A DNA stretch of 64,000 nucleotides from an uncultured Bacteroidota bacterium (GTDB lineage Bacteria; Bacteroidota; Bacteroidia; Bacteroidales; GCA-2748055): NCBI GenBank assembly GCA_963713725.1, contig CAVQMZ010000017.1, positions 37,242 through 101,241 on the forward strand, given 5' to 3'. The notes beneath the pieces are model-generated. The model saw only the letters and a list, made by a program, of their open reading frames with translations, made no database searches and had not been told where the DNA came from. The position numbers and the translations under genes are program-made. The first letter of the stretch is position 1. Every line of letters starts with the position of its first letter. Shown piece after piece: positions 29,465 through 39,025 of this stretch.

Positions 29465-30797
29465 TTAACTCCTGAGCTCGGCTTCGCCTCGGTTTGACTT
29501 TACAGACTCCCTTGCTTGCTGGTAGATCTTCACCATGCGCTCCGCCTGCATGTCGATGTGGAAATGTTCTTCCACCCCCGATTTCCCCTGAATGCTCAGC
29601 TTTTCCATTTCATCCGGATCTGATAAAAGATCCTGAAGGGCCCGGGAAAGGGCCTCCGGGGTATTTGGTTCATATACCACACCTCCCTTTGTCAATTCAA
29701 TAATTTCCGGAAAAGCACCCAGGGCAGGCTGAACCACCGGTACGCCCGAAACCATACATTCCAGCAGGTAAATGCCGAAGGCCTCACCATTTCTTACGGG
29801 TACTGAAACCACGGAAACTTTTTCCAGATAAGTTCTCAGGCCCTGCTCTTCAAAATCCTCATGGAATTCAACCTGCTCAGCGAGCTTATTGTCCTTCAGT
29901 TTTTTCCTGATTTCGTGCAGGTATTTCTTGTCATCCCCCGTGGAACCGCCGGTCAGGACCAGGTTCACATCTTCAAAGCCTTCTTCTTTTTTCAAGAGGA
30001 TGAAGGCATCCACCAGGATGTCCAGCCCGTTTTCATGGCACATGCGGGAAATGTATCCAATGTTCCGTCCTTTCTCAGATACTGGTTTAAAGGTATAATC
30101 AGCAGGATCAACCCCGATGTGCACCGAAGTAAGCTTATCCTCCGGGATATGCATCTTCTCCTTCATCACCCCTGCATAAAATTCACTCACCGAAATAAAG
30201 CTGCTTACATGCATCGGCCTTTTCTGACATCAGTTTCCATACACTTTCTGCGGCGGAGGGCTTCATCACATCCACCCACACATCTTCGTCCTGGAGGGAA
30301 CAAACCACCGGAACATTAAGCCTTTCTGAAAGTTGCTGAGCAAGGCCCAGAAGCAGGGCATTGGAAAGGTGGATCACATCCGGATTACAGTTCTCCACGA
30401 TCCAGTCCACCATGCGCTGAAGTTCATCCTTTTGCTGACCCTGTTCACCCAGCAGCATGGACACGGTCATCTCCTCCAGTCCCTTGGCCCGGGTTGAGCC
30501 GGCAAATTTGGCAGCCAGCTTCAGCATGGGCTTTGAGTTAAGTGCATCTGTCAACCCAGCTCGGGCGCCTTCCTGAATATGGGGAACAGCTGCTTCATGT
30601 AAATGCTGATGGCCCCGTAGAATACCGGGATCTCCCTGCTCAGGTCATGCTCATCTGCAAAAAGGGGCAGATACATGGGCAATTTGACCACCGTGATGAT
30701 CCGATTTACGCAGTGCCTCCACATACTTGGAGTCCCTCAGGCAATTTCCGCAATAAAAACTCCCCCCTGAGCCGGGGATAATGTGCATTATTTTCAT
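29465..30797 (-). pseudogene. glycosyltransferase family 4 (GT-B), about 3 frame changes (or indel errors)
   Basis: Fragments 30651-30860 (MKIMHIIPGSGGSFYCGNC...), 30183-30554 and 29465-30214 (...EAFGIYLLECMVSGVPVV...) read as one GT4 protein. Confidence 0.75.
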
Positions 30798-30801
30798 AAG
30801 T

Positions 30802-31928
30802 TTATTTTTTTCCAAAGCAATATAACCTCCCATCGTCACCCGCCACAAACATATATCCATCTATCGACTGCCGGGTTTGTATGTATGGCTGTCCCCAGCT
30901 CATAAGTCCAGGCCGGCTTACCCGATTTTATATCCAGGAGAAACAGGTCCCCCCTCATATTGGCAGTCAGCACCTGATCACCCACCACCACCGGCGATGC
31001 ATCCACCCTGCTCCCGGTATTATATTTCCAAACCAACTCTCCATTCTTTTTGTTCAAACAATACATGAACTTATCCCTGTTCCCGATGAAAACATGATTT
31101 CCCTTTACTGCAGGGGAGCCAATAAAGGGAAGGTTTGCATCCTTGTTTTCAAAGCTCCAGAGCACCTTCTCAGCCTTCAGGTCGATGGCTGAAAACAGAC
31201 CATCGTAATCTCCCACAAAAGCCACATCCCCATCCACACAGGCCGAACTGGCCACATAGGTGGAAATCTCCATGCCAAAAGCCTTCGGCTCACCGCTCGG
31301 CTGCATCCACCCCGTATAAATCCGTCACAGCCCCCAAAAATGGCCATGCCCCTATACAGGGCACAGGTTCCGTTGATATAATTCAGGGTTTCATACTTCC
31401 ACAATCCCTCCCCGGTGGCAGGATCCACACCGTGCAGATAGTAATCGTAGCTGCCCACCATAATGACCTTTTTACCACCCGACTCATAATAGGTCGGAGC
31501 CCCCATAATCTGGTTTTCACAGGCATAGGTCCACCTGATGTTCCCGCTCTGCGGATCGATGGCAAAGAGGGTACCATCCAGGTTCCCCACATATACCAGG
31601 CCACCTGCAAAAAGTGCCGGTGCCTCAATGCTGTTTTCAGTTACAATTTTCCATTTCAGGGTCCCATCGGTATTGATCCCGAAAATCTGCCCGCTCAACC
31701 GTTCCCACAACAATCACCCCGCCACAAACCACCGGTGCAGCCTTAATCGCTTCATCCTGTGTTGAAATTCCAAAGCAGCTCAGGCTGATCGGGCAAATTG
31801 GCCCGGCTCACACCGGTGAGCATGGCATCGCCCCTGGAATTCCCCCAGCAGGAAGCCTCCTGGGCCTGAACACTCAGGTTCACAGAAAGGAACACTAATA
31901 ATATCTGTACGTGGGTCTTAAGCCTCAT
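30802..31928 (-). pseudogene. PQQ-like (BamB-like) beta-propeller repeat protein, about 4 frame changes
   Basis: Own translation gives MRLKTHVQILLVFLSVNLSVQAQEA... from ATG 31926-31928, continued by fragments 31177-31713 and 30836-31306 and a shifted tail ...DGYMFVAGDDGRLYCFGKK*. The ATG overlaps the TGA of the upstream PIN gene (ATGA). Confidence 0.7.
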
Positions 31929-32340
31929 TCTATGGTTTTTATAAACGATTCAGGTGTCATTACACCCAGTTCACTTTTTGTATAATTCTTCACATTCCTG
32001 GTAAGAATCAAAGATATATTCCCTGCCGCAAGTGCTGAATAGTTTTGCAGGGCGTCTTCAAAATCCTTAAACCCGGAATTAAGGGCCTGCATCACAACAT
32101 CTTTATCCATGGAAAGCACCTCCAGATCCATCAACAACTGGTTCATCCTGAGCATACCCTTTTATGGCTGCCAGCCCGCCTGAGCAGATAATATGTGTGA
32201 CTACAGATCACCGGTGTAACAAATCCATTGATCCGGCCATCATCACACAGGGAAAATACCTGCTCGGCAAAATCCGAGAATGGCGCCCGATCGAAGAAAA
32301 AATCGAGTATCACATCCGTATCGATCAATACATTTTTCAT
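31925..32340 (-). pseudogene. PIN-domain (VapC-like) toxin, one frameshift near 32150-32170
   Basis: MKNVLIDTDVILDFFFDRAPF... (PIN N-terminal acidic motif) in ORF 32143-32403 continues in ORF 31925-32155 (...FKDFEDALQNYSA...). Confidence 0.7.
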
Positions 32341-32347
32341 TAACAGG

Positions 32348-32603
32348 TCATTTACCTGAATATTTATCTGACAGGCCCCTAGATAATTCCTCCTTATAAT
32401 CAAAATCGTCCGGCACAGCTAAAAGTACCCTTCAGGGATTTAATATGGGAGCTGATTTCCATTTCCTGTTTTTCTCTTCCTTTGTAATGGCTTTCAGATA
32501 GCATTCAACGATATCCGACAAGACTCCTGCCCCGCTGACTGGCATAATACTTGGCCTTACCAATCGTCTCCTTATCAATGGTTAATGTAAGTTTTGTATT
32601 CAT
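32348..32603 (-). pseudogene. DUF6364-like antitoxin, 3 or more frame changes
   Basis: Own translation across three frames: MNTKLTLTIDKETIGKAKYYASQRGRSL / SDIVECYLKAITKEEKN / ...IKSLKG... / DFDYKEELSRGLSDKYSGK*. This resembles the small antitoxins found upstream of PIN toxins in Bacteroidota. Confidence 0.5.
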
Positions 32604-32686
32604 AACAGCCTTTCTTAATCAAATTACCTGTACAAAATTACGCAAAACCGGATACACGTGCAATTAAATCGTGATTTACACGTGTA

Positions 32687-34241
32687 TTATATCCTGCAAA
32701 TCGCCCCGGTGGGACAGGCATCTGCCACTTCCAGGGCCACCTTCTCCAGCCCCTTCCCCAGCGACTCGTTAAAGGGAATCCCCACACAACATCAAAGCCC
32801 CGGCCAATAAATGTCAGACCAAAATCCTCACTGTATTTTTCCGTGATCCTCACACAGAGTCCACACTTTAATGCATTTTGAATCCTCATAAATCACAGAT
32901 TCATGCTGATCGGCCTTGGTACAAAGCTGGCGCTCCTCCGATTTAAACTTCCTCTGATCGGCCCCGTACTGGTCCGAATAGATCCTGAGTCTGCAATTCT
33001 CCAGCTCCCGGCAATCGCAATGCAGACACCGGGCCGCCTCCTTCATCACCTGCTCCCTGGCTCAGTCCCCCGCCATATTTTCCGGCTCGATGCGCTCACC
33101 TGGCCACAGATTCCTTCAGGTACTCTGCATATTCGGCAGGATCTAACTTCCCAAAACGGGAGTTAAACCTGAAGGCTTCCCCCTTAACTGCTTTACCCTG
33201 CAAAAACTGGTCCACACTGAAGGCAGCCTCCTTTCCCTGCCCCAGTGCCCTGATGGCCATGCGGGAAGGTTTCAGGCACTGCCCACAACAAAAACATTGG
33301 ATCCTTCCACCTGGTAGGTGTTTCCATCAGCCTCCACACCTTTGGGATGCATGGGGAGTCCCCAGGCTCCAATACCACTTTTTCCCTGTCCCATCGCAAT
33401 CACCACAGCATCACTGTCAGCAAGCGATCTTCTCATAGCCTGTCTCATCCACATCAACCCCGGTCTGAAACACCACACCGGCCTTCTTAATCAGGGCAAT
33501 TTCTTTTTCCAGAACCTCGGCAGGAAGCTCCTCCTCCTTCAGTTCCAGGAGTGAGCCCCCGGCCCTATCGTGCCGGTCAATAAGCTTCACACTGTGACCC
33601 TTAAGCGCCAGGTGCCATGCGGCAGCCAGTCCGGCCGGCCCGGCCCCGATCACACTTACCTTCTTCCCGCTATTTGGTTCCTTCTCCGGAATCCAGGAAG
33701 CATCAAGCTCCAGGTCAGCATCTCCGGCTGCACGTTTCAGCAGGCAGATGGAAACTGCCCCATCGATGGCTTTCCTTCGGCAGGCCCCCTCACAGGGAGC
33801 AGGGCAGATCCTGCCCAGTATGGAGGGAAGGGCAATATCTTTTTTTACCACCTTCAGTGCTTCGGCAAACTCACCCCTGGCCAGCAGGCGGTTCATCAAA
33901 GGAATATCCATATGAGCCGGACAGGTCATCTGGCAGGGGGCTTCACAATCGCCCACATGCTCGCTGAGCAACAGTTCCAGGGAGGTTTTCCTGGCCTGCA
34001 TCACTTCCTCATCCCCGGTGATAATATCCATACCTTCCTCCACCTCAAGTGAACAGGAAGGAAATAGCTTTCCGGATTTCTTGATCCTTCACCACGCAGA
34101 CCATGCATGAGGAAAAATGGGGCAGATCCTTTGAGATAACACATGGAAGGCACCTCCAGACCCGTCTCCCCTGAGCACCTCAATAAGGCTACACCCGGCC
34201 TCAGCCTCAATCTCCCTTTTATCTATTTTCAGTTTTACCAT
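32687..34241 (-). pseudogene. [2Fe-2S] ferredoxin / GltD-like FAD-NAD(P) oxidoreductase / C-terminal [4Fe-4S] fusion, at least 8 frame changes
   Basis: Starts MVKLKIDKREIEAEAGCSLIEVL... at ATG 34239-34241. The largest fragment, 33417-34043, has HVGDCEAPCQMTCPAH, ICPAPCEGAC and VSVIGAGPAGLAAA. Later pieces in other frames are ...AIRALGQGKEAAFSVDQFLQGK..., ...CLHCDCRELENC... and ...KCIKCGLCVRI...ACPTGAICRI*. Confidence 0.7.
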
Positions 34242-34313
34242 CTTCTCTACACTTCTTTCAACCTTCTGTCAGGCTTTACATTTACTTCTTAAGACTTTGT
34301 CAACCTTTACAGA
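34242..34313 (-). repeat. degenerate TAAAGTC-type repeat spacer
   Basis: In gene sense: TAG-TCTGTAAAGGTTGACAAAGTCTTAAGAAGTAAATGTAAAGCCTGACAGAAGG...GAGAAG-ATG. Confidence 0.6.
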
Positions 34314-35862
34314 CTATCGTGTGATTACTGCATCCTCAGGACAAACCTGCCTGCAGCCATCACATTTAATACATAGTTCATTATCCACCACATGCTTTTC
34401 ATGGGGCTTAAAGGCAATGGCATCCACCGGGCAATCCTGGGCACAGAGGGTGCAGCCTATACAATCGTCGGTAATTTCATATTTAATCAGATCCTTGCAC
34501 TTTCCGGCCGGACATTCGCCCCGGATGTGGGCTTCATACTCATCCCGGAAATAATTCAGGGTGGAGAGAATGGGATTGGGAGCAGTACCACATAGTGCAC
34601 AAAGACTTCCCGTTTTGGTCCAGTGTGCCAGCTCCTCCAGCTTTTCCAGGTCCGTTTCACTTCCCTTTCCTGTGGTAATCTTCTCAAGGATCTCCAGCAT
34701 TCTTTTGGTACCAATGCGTCCAAAACTGCATTTTCCGCAGGCTTCATTCTGGGTAAAGGTGAGAAAGTAGCGGGCAATATCCACCATGCAGTCCTTATCG
34801 TCCAGTACCACCAGTCCGCCCGAACCCATCATGGCTCCCACCTCCTTGAGAGACTCAAAATCAATGGGGGTATCTGCCTTCCATGCGGGCACACATCCAC
34901 CCGAAGGTCCACCAATCTGAACAGCCTTAAATTCCCTGCCATCGGCCACTCCTCCTCCAATTTCCTCAACAACCTCACGGATTGTCATTCCCATGGGCAC
35001 CTCAATGAGTCCGCCCCGGGCAACCTTCCCGGCCAGGGCAAAAACTTTTGTTCCCCTGGATGATTCTGTTCCAATACTGTTAAAGGATGCGGCCTTGTTT
35101 TTCAGGATGTAGGCAATCTGGGCAAAGGTCTCCGTATTATTCACCAGCGTAGGCTGTCCCCACAATCCTTTCACCGCAGGAAAGGGTGGACGGATCCTGG
35201 GAAAGCCTCTTTTCCCTTCAATGGATTCGATCAAGGCGGTTTCCTCCCCACAGACAAAGGCACCGGCTCCCTGGTAGACAGTCAAGATCAAAATCAAATC
35301 CCGTCCCCAGAATATCCTTCCCAAGATATCCCTGTTCACGACATACCACAAGGGCCTGCTGAATTCGGGTAACCGCCAGCGGGTATTCGGCACGTATGTA
35401 CAGAATCCCTTCTGCTGCCCCCACAGCATAGCCTGCAGCAATAAGGCCTTCGATGATCCGGTAGGGATATGATTCCAGTAACATGCGATCCATAAATGCG
35501 CCCGGATCGCCCTCATCGCCATTGCAAATAATATATTTTTTCTCACTGCCGGCATCGGCCACCATCTGCCATTTCTTTCCTGTGGGAAATCCGCCTCCAC
35601 CCCTGCCCCGAATGCCACTTTCGATAATCTCATCAATCACCTCCTGGGGAGTCATTTTCTTCAGCACCCTTTGCAGGCCTCTGAATCCATTGCGCTGTTT
35701 ATACTCCTCAACATCCACGGGATTAATCACACCCCTGAATTCGGTGGCCATGGGAATCTGCTTATCCAGGAAAAGGGAGACATGCTTTTCCCTCACATCA
35801 AGCGAATAACGATCCACTCCATCCCAACGGCTGTCGTCCCGAACAGAATTGGCCATACTCAT
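34314..35862 (-). pseudogene. NuoF-like NADH-binding flavoprotein subunit with two C-terminal [4Fe-4S] motifs (HydB/HndC type), one frameshift near 35275-35290
   Basis: ORF 35218-35862 carries GIRGRGGGGFPTGKKW and CNGDEGDPGAF. ORF 34314-35636 carries GAFVCGEETALIESIEG, the CGKC region, CIGCTLCAQDCP and CIKCDGCRQVCP. The junction is ...GTGFDFDL/VYQGAGAFVCGEE. Confidence 0.8.
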
Positions 35863-36658
35863 CAGGCGATCTGCTTAAACGCCTTATCAGGCCGTCGGGC
35901 TGGAAATGCCGTTCCACAATCTGATCCACATCGGCAGCATCCACTTTTGAATAAAGGGTGGGCTCCCCATGGGTAGGAACAATCTCCACCAGGGGAACCT
36001 GGTGACACATGCCCACACAACCCACATGTTTAAGTTTTACATTCAATCCCTTGCGGTCAATGGTATCTTTTACGGAATCGCGGATTTCATCACTTCCGCT
36101 GGCCACACAACATGAACCCAGCCCGATTCGAATCTCGCCCTTTACTTCACCACCGCCGGCATACTTGTATTTTTTCTTTTTTGAGCCACCCTCCTGGCTC
36201 TGAAAATCGGACAGAACCGAGGTCACCTTGGAAGTACTTACATGACCATAGGTCACCTCATCGATTTGCACCACGGGTGCCAGGGTACAGCAGCCCAGGC
36301 AGTTTACCTTTTCAATGGTATATTCACCGGATGGAGTGGTATCCTCCGATACTGCCAGACCAAGTTCGCGTTTCATGGCATCGTAAACCTGCTCGGCTCC
36401 CTTCACGTGACAGGCTGTTCCCACGCAAACTTTGATCATATGCTTTCCCGCCGGCTTAAAGCGGAACTGGGAATAAAAACTGGCCACACCCACAATCTGT
36501 GCTGGTGTAATCTCCGTGAGCTCGCAGACCCTTCTCAATGCCTCCTCGGGAAGATAATTATAACGTCCCTGTATGGCCTGAAGAATGGGAATCACCGCAT
36601 GCGGCTCCTTCCCCAGCTCCTCCACAATCCCATCTATATCTCTTATCTCAATCTCCAT
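35798..36658 (-). CDS. NuoE-like [2Fe-2S] subunit with a second thioredoxin-like [2Fe-2S] domain
   Basis: 286 aa with CVGTACHVKG...CLGCCTLAP (NuoE fold) and a second GLGSCCVASG...CVGMCHQVP domain. The last ~20 codons overlap the NuoF-like start by 65 nt and may themselves be frame-shifted. Confidence 0.8.
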   Translation of the reverse strand: MEIEIRDIDGIVEELGKEPHAVIPILQAIQGRYNYLPEEALRRVCELTEITPAQIVGVASFYSQFRFKPAGKHMIKVCVGTACHVKGAEQVYDAMKRELGLAVSEDTTPSGEYTIEKVNCLGCCTLAPVVQIDEVTYGHVSTSKVTSVLSDFQSQEGGSKKKKYKYAGGGEVKGEIRIGLGSCCVASGSDEIRDSVKDTIDRKGLNVKLKHVGCVGMCHQVPLVEIVPTHGEPTLYSKVDAADVDQIVERHFQPDGLIRRLSRSPDEYGQFCSGRQPLGWSGSLFA

Positions 36659-36800
36659 TAACCCGCTAACTTCTAACTTATTAACCCACTAACTCTACTA
36701 ACCCTACTAACCTCTAACTTATTAACCCCTAACCTACTAACCCACTAACCTACTAACTTACTTAACCCACTAACTCACTAACCCCTAACCTGCTAACTTA
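36659..36800 (+). repeat. G-depleted YTAAC tandem-repeat spacer, copy 4 (antisense to local transcription)
   Basis: 142-nt intergenic region of CGCTAAC/TTCTAAC/CCACTAAC/CCCCTAAC units with 2 G. It has the same absolute orientation as copies 1-3, but the flanking genes are on the minus strand. Confidence 0.95.
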
Positions 36801-38702
36801 TTAACCGCTCGCTTCGCGAGCTATTTTTCCAATACAGTATAGATTTTTTGTCCCTCTCAAATAGATCACCCCATCTGCAAAGGCAGGAAGCGCAAAACCC
36901 TGCTCTCCAAGTTCGGGTTCGGCAATGATTGTTCCGCTGGCATCGGCCTTCATAATATGACATATACCCTCCTTGTCCATGATATATAGCTTACCCTCTG
37001 CAATGACAGGAGAAGACCAGATTTCATTGTCAAACTCCTTTTCCCATTTTTTCTCTCCGGTTTTGGCATCATAGCACACCACCACTCCAAAACTGGTGGC
37101 CATGTACATTAAACCCTGGTGAGCAACCGGACTGCCCACTTCTGACATGTACTCATCATCTTCCCACACATACTCCCCCACTGATTTTGGGTCAATGGCC
37201 AGGGTCCGCGCATACTCCTGAGAAGCAAAAACCAGACCATCGGAGAAGGCTATGGACGGTCCCACTTCTCCCATCATGGCCTCAACTTTCCATAATTCCG
37301 CCCCGGTAGCCAGATCATGACCCGACACATAAGGATCAGCCGATGTGACAATCTGTATTTTTCCATCCACTTCGATGAGCGCGGGGGAAGCCCATGAAAT
37401 ATGAACCGGCCTTTCCACGTCCCATACCGTTTCACCGTTTGCCGTATTCAGGGCCAGCATACGCCCCTTTGTATTGGTATCATACTGAACTACAACTTTA
37501 TGATCCCACACCTGAAGTGAAGAGGAATGGCCATAATGGTTGTTGGGCACACCCAGGTTTCGTCCCCATATCTTCTTTCCGTCCAAAGTGAAGGCCACTA
37601 TATCACCATTGGCGAAAATGGCATAAACAGCCTTTCCGTCCACAGCCATGGTGGCAGCAGCAAGACCGGTATCCTCGGTAACCCTGGGCATGGTGGCAGG
37701 TGATCCCGGTATATCTTTCACTTCTTTTTCCCAAAGGAGCTGTCCCGTATTCCGGTCATAGCAGGCAACTACCAGTCCGTCCTTATCTCCTCCGGAAATA
37801 AAAATCCTGCTGCCCCAGATTACTGGTGAATTATACCCGGGCTTGGAAAATGCCACCTTCCACTTTACTTTCTGACCCGATGGACCATCCCATTCCACAG
37901 GAATATTCTTATGAAATGAAACACCCAGCCCCATATAACCCCTGAAAGTGGCATGGTTAAGCTTAAAATCATTCCGGTTGAAAGCTCCGCCTGAAGCCGC
38001 ACTGGCTATGGAGTTTTTCTCCTGAACTGTTTCAACGCCCGCAGACGAAGGTGCCGGGCTGACTTCCTGCTCAGTGACGGCCCCATCCGGCACAGCTTCG
38101 GATGAAGACTCAGCGAGGCCTTCCTCCGGGGCTCCAACTTCACCTGCGGCCTGGTTCTCACCAAAAACATCCACCACCTCCACATCACTTACTTCCCCGA
38201 CTGAAACAGCAGATTCAGCCATCTGGTCATATTCCTTGAGAAAATCGTTGGTTAAAACACCCGCTACAAGCGAAAGACCAAGGATGAGCCCTCCGGCCAG
38301 GAAGAGCCAGTACTGGGCATTTGCCCTTGCCTTAAGAAGCCCTTCTGTAAGTTCTTCCGGAGCTTCGATGCCCGCTCTTAAATCGGTATAGAATTTCATG
38401 GAAACAGCCAGTACAATACCACCGATGAGCAGGAGCCAGGTACCTGTCTTTACCTGCCAGCGGCTGGTGAAATAGGCCTTTCTTGCCAGCAAATCAAAGC
38501 TTCGGATTTCCTCCTTGAGCTCCTCATTGTTTGGCTCCTGTGACAGGCGCTTAACCAGGGCCTCTATGGCCTGACTTTCCAGTGGCTCGGTCTGCTTCAT
38601 ATGCCAGAAATTCAGAATCAGAAGCAAGGCCACCACTCCGCAAAATATACCGGAAATGAGCATTGCCCTGTGTGCCACTTTTATTTTATTTTCTTTATCC
38701 AT
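36801..38702 (-). CDS. membrane-anchored PQQ-like beta-propeller repeat protein
   Basis: 633 aa. It has three N-terminal TM helices, an acidic A/E/V/S-rich linker, then a propeller with repeated ...G.LWE/W.. blades (DGKAVYA, DGKIQIV, EGKLYIM). Confidence 0.75.
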   Translation of the reverse strand: MDKENKIKVAHRAMLISGIFCGVVALLLILNFWHMKQTEPLESQAIEALVKRLSQEPNNEELKEEIRSFDLLARKAYFTSRWQVKTGTWLLLIGGIVLAVSMKFYTDLRAGIEAPEELTEGLLKARANAQYWLFLAGGLILGLSLVAGVLTNDFLKEYDQMAESAVSVGEVSDVEVVDVFGENQAAGEVGAPEEGLAESSSEAVPDGAVTEQEVSPAPSSAGVETVQEKNSIASAASGGAFNRNDFKLNHATFRGYMGLGVSFHKNIPVEWDGPSGQKVKWKVAFSKPGYNSPVIWGSRIFISGGDKDGLVVACYDRNTGQLLWEKEVKDIPGSPATMPRVTEDTGLAAATMAVDGKAVYAIFANGDIVAFTLDGKKIWGRNLGVPNNHYGHSSSLQVWDHKVVVQYDTNTKGRMLALNTANGETVWDVERPVHISWASPALIEVDGKIQIVTSADPYVSGHDLATGAELWKVEAMMGEVGPSIAFSDGLVFASQEYARTLAIDPKSVGEYVWEDDEYMSEVGSPVAHQGLMYMATSFGVVVCYDAKTGEKKWEKEFDNEIWSSPVIAEGKLYIMDKEGICHIMKADASGTIIAEPELGEQGFALPAFADGVIYLRGTKNLYCIGKIAREASG

Positions 38703-38745
38703 TTTCTCTTTCTTTCAGACTTTACGACTTTATGACTTTACAGAC
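38703..38745 (-). repeat. TAAAGTC octamer repeat spacer (cleanest copy)
   Basis: In gene sense: TAA-TCGTTAAGTCTGTAAAGTCATAAAGTCGTAAAGTCTGAAAGAAAGAGAAA-ATG. TAA occurs in all three frames. Confidence 0.9.
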
Positions 38746-38955
38746 TTAACGATTAACCGGGCTTGCCCGGTCCACCGGGCAGTAATCCATACACCTTCCG
38801 CAGGAAAAACAATTTGCTTTGTGGGGTTCATAATCCTCCCTGCTCCGGAATACCACCTGGTTCATAAGGGTAATTCCCAGCACAAGGCCAATGAATCCAC
38901 CCAGGACCCAACCTCCCTTTTTAAATTTCGTTCTGATTACAGCGGCCTGCTCCAC
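38746..38955 (-). CDS. TM helix + [4Fe-4S] motif fragment; probably the C-terminal part of the NapH-like protein
   Basis: 69 aa with no ATG (GTG only) and CFSCGRCMDYCP. Its frame stays open upstream to 13 nt from the NapH-like stop. Deleting one C near 39027-39030 fuses them (...LMISPAELRDDETNLDIQAF...). Confidence 0.5.
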   Translation of the reverse strand: MEQAAVIRTKFKKGGWVLGGFIGLVLGITLMNQVVFRSREDYEPHKANCFSCGRCMDYCPVDRASPVNR

Positions 38956-39025
38956 CAGCTCCTCAAAAGTATCCCCCGATTCCAGGAAGGCCTGGATATC
39001 CAGGTTAGTCTCATCATCCCTCAGC

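Noticed and set aside
35798-35862. The 65-nt out-of-frame overlap between the NuoE-like and NuoF-like genes, as a possible gene fusion
   Set aside because: Shifting one base near 35875 would end the NuoE-like protein at ...RRFKQIA-TGA, overlapping the NuoF ATG (TGATGA). So the likeliest explanation is one more small indel in the NuoE tail, not a fusion. This cannot be decided from the sequence alone.
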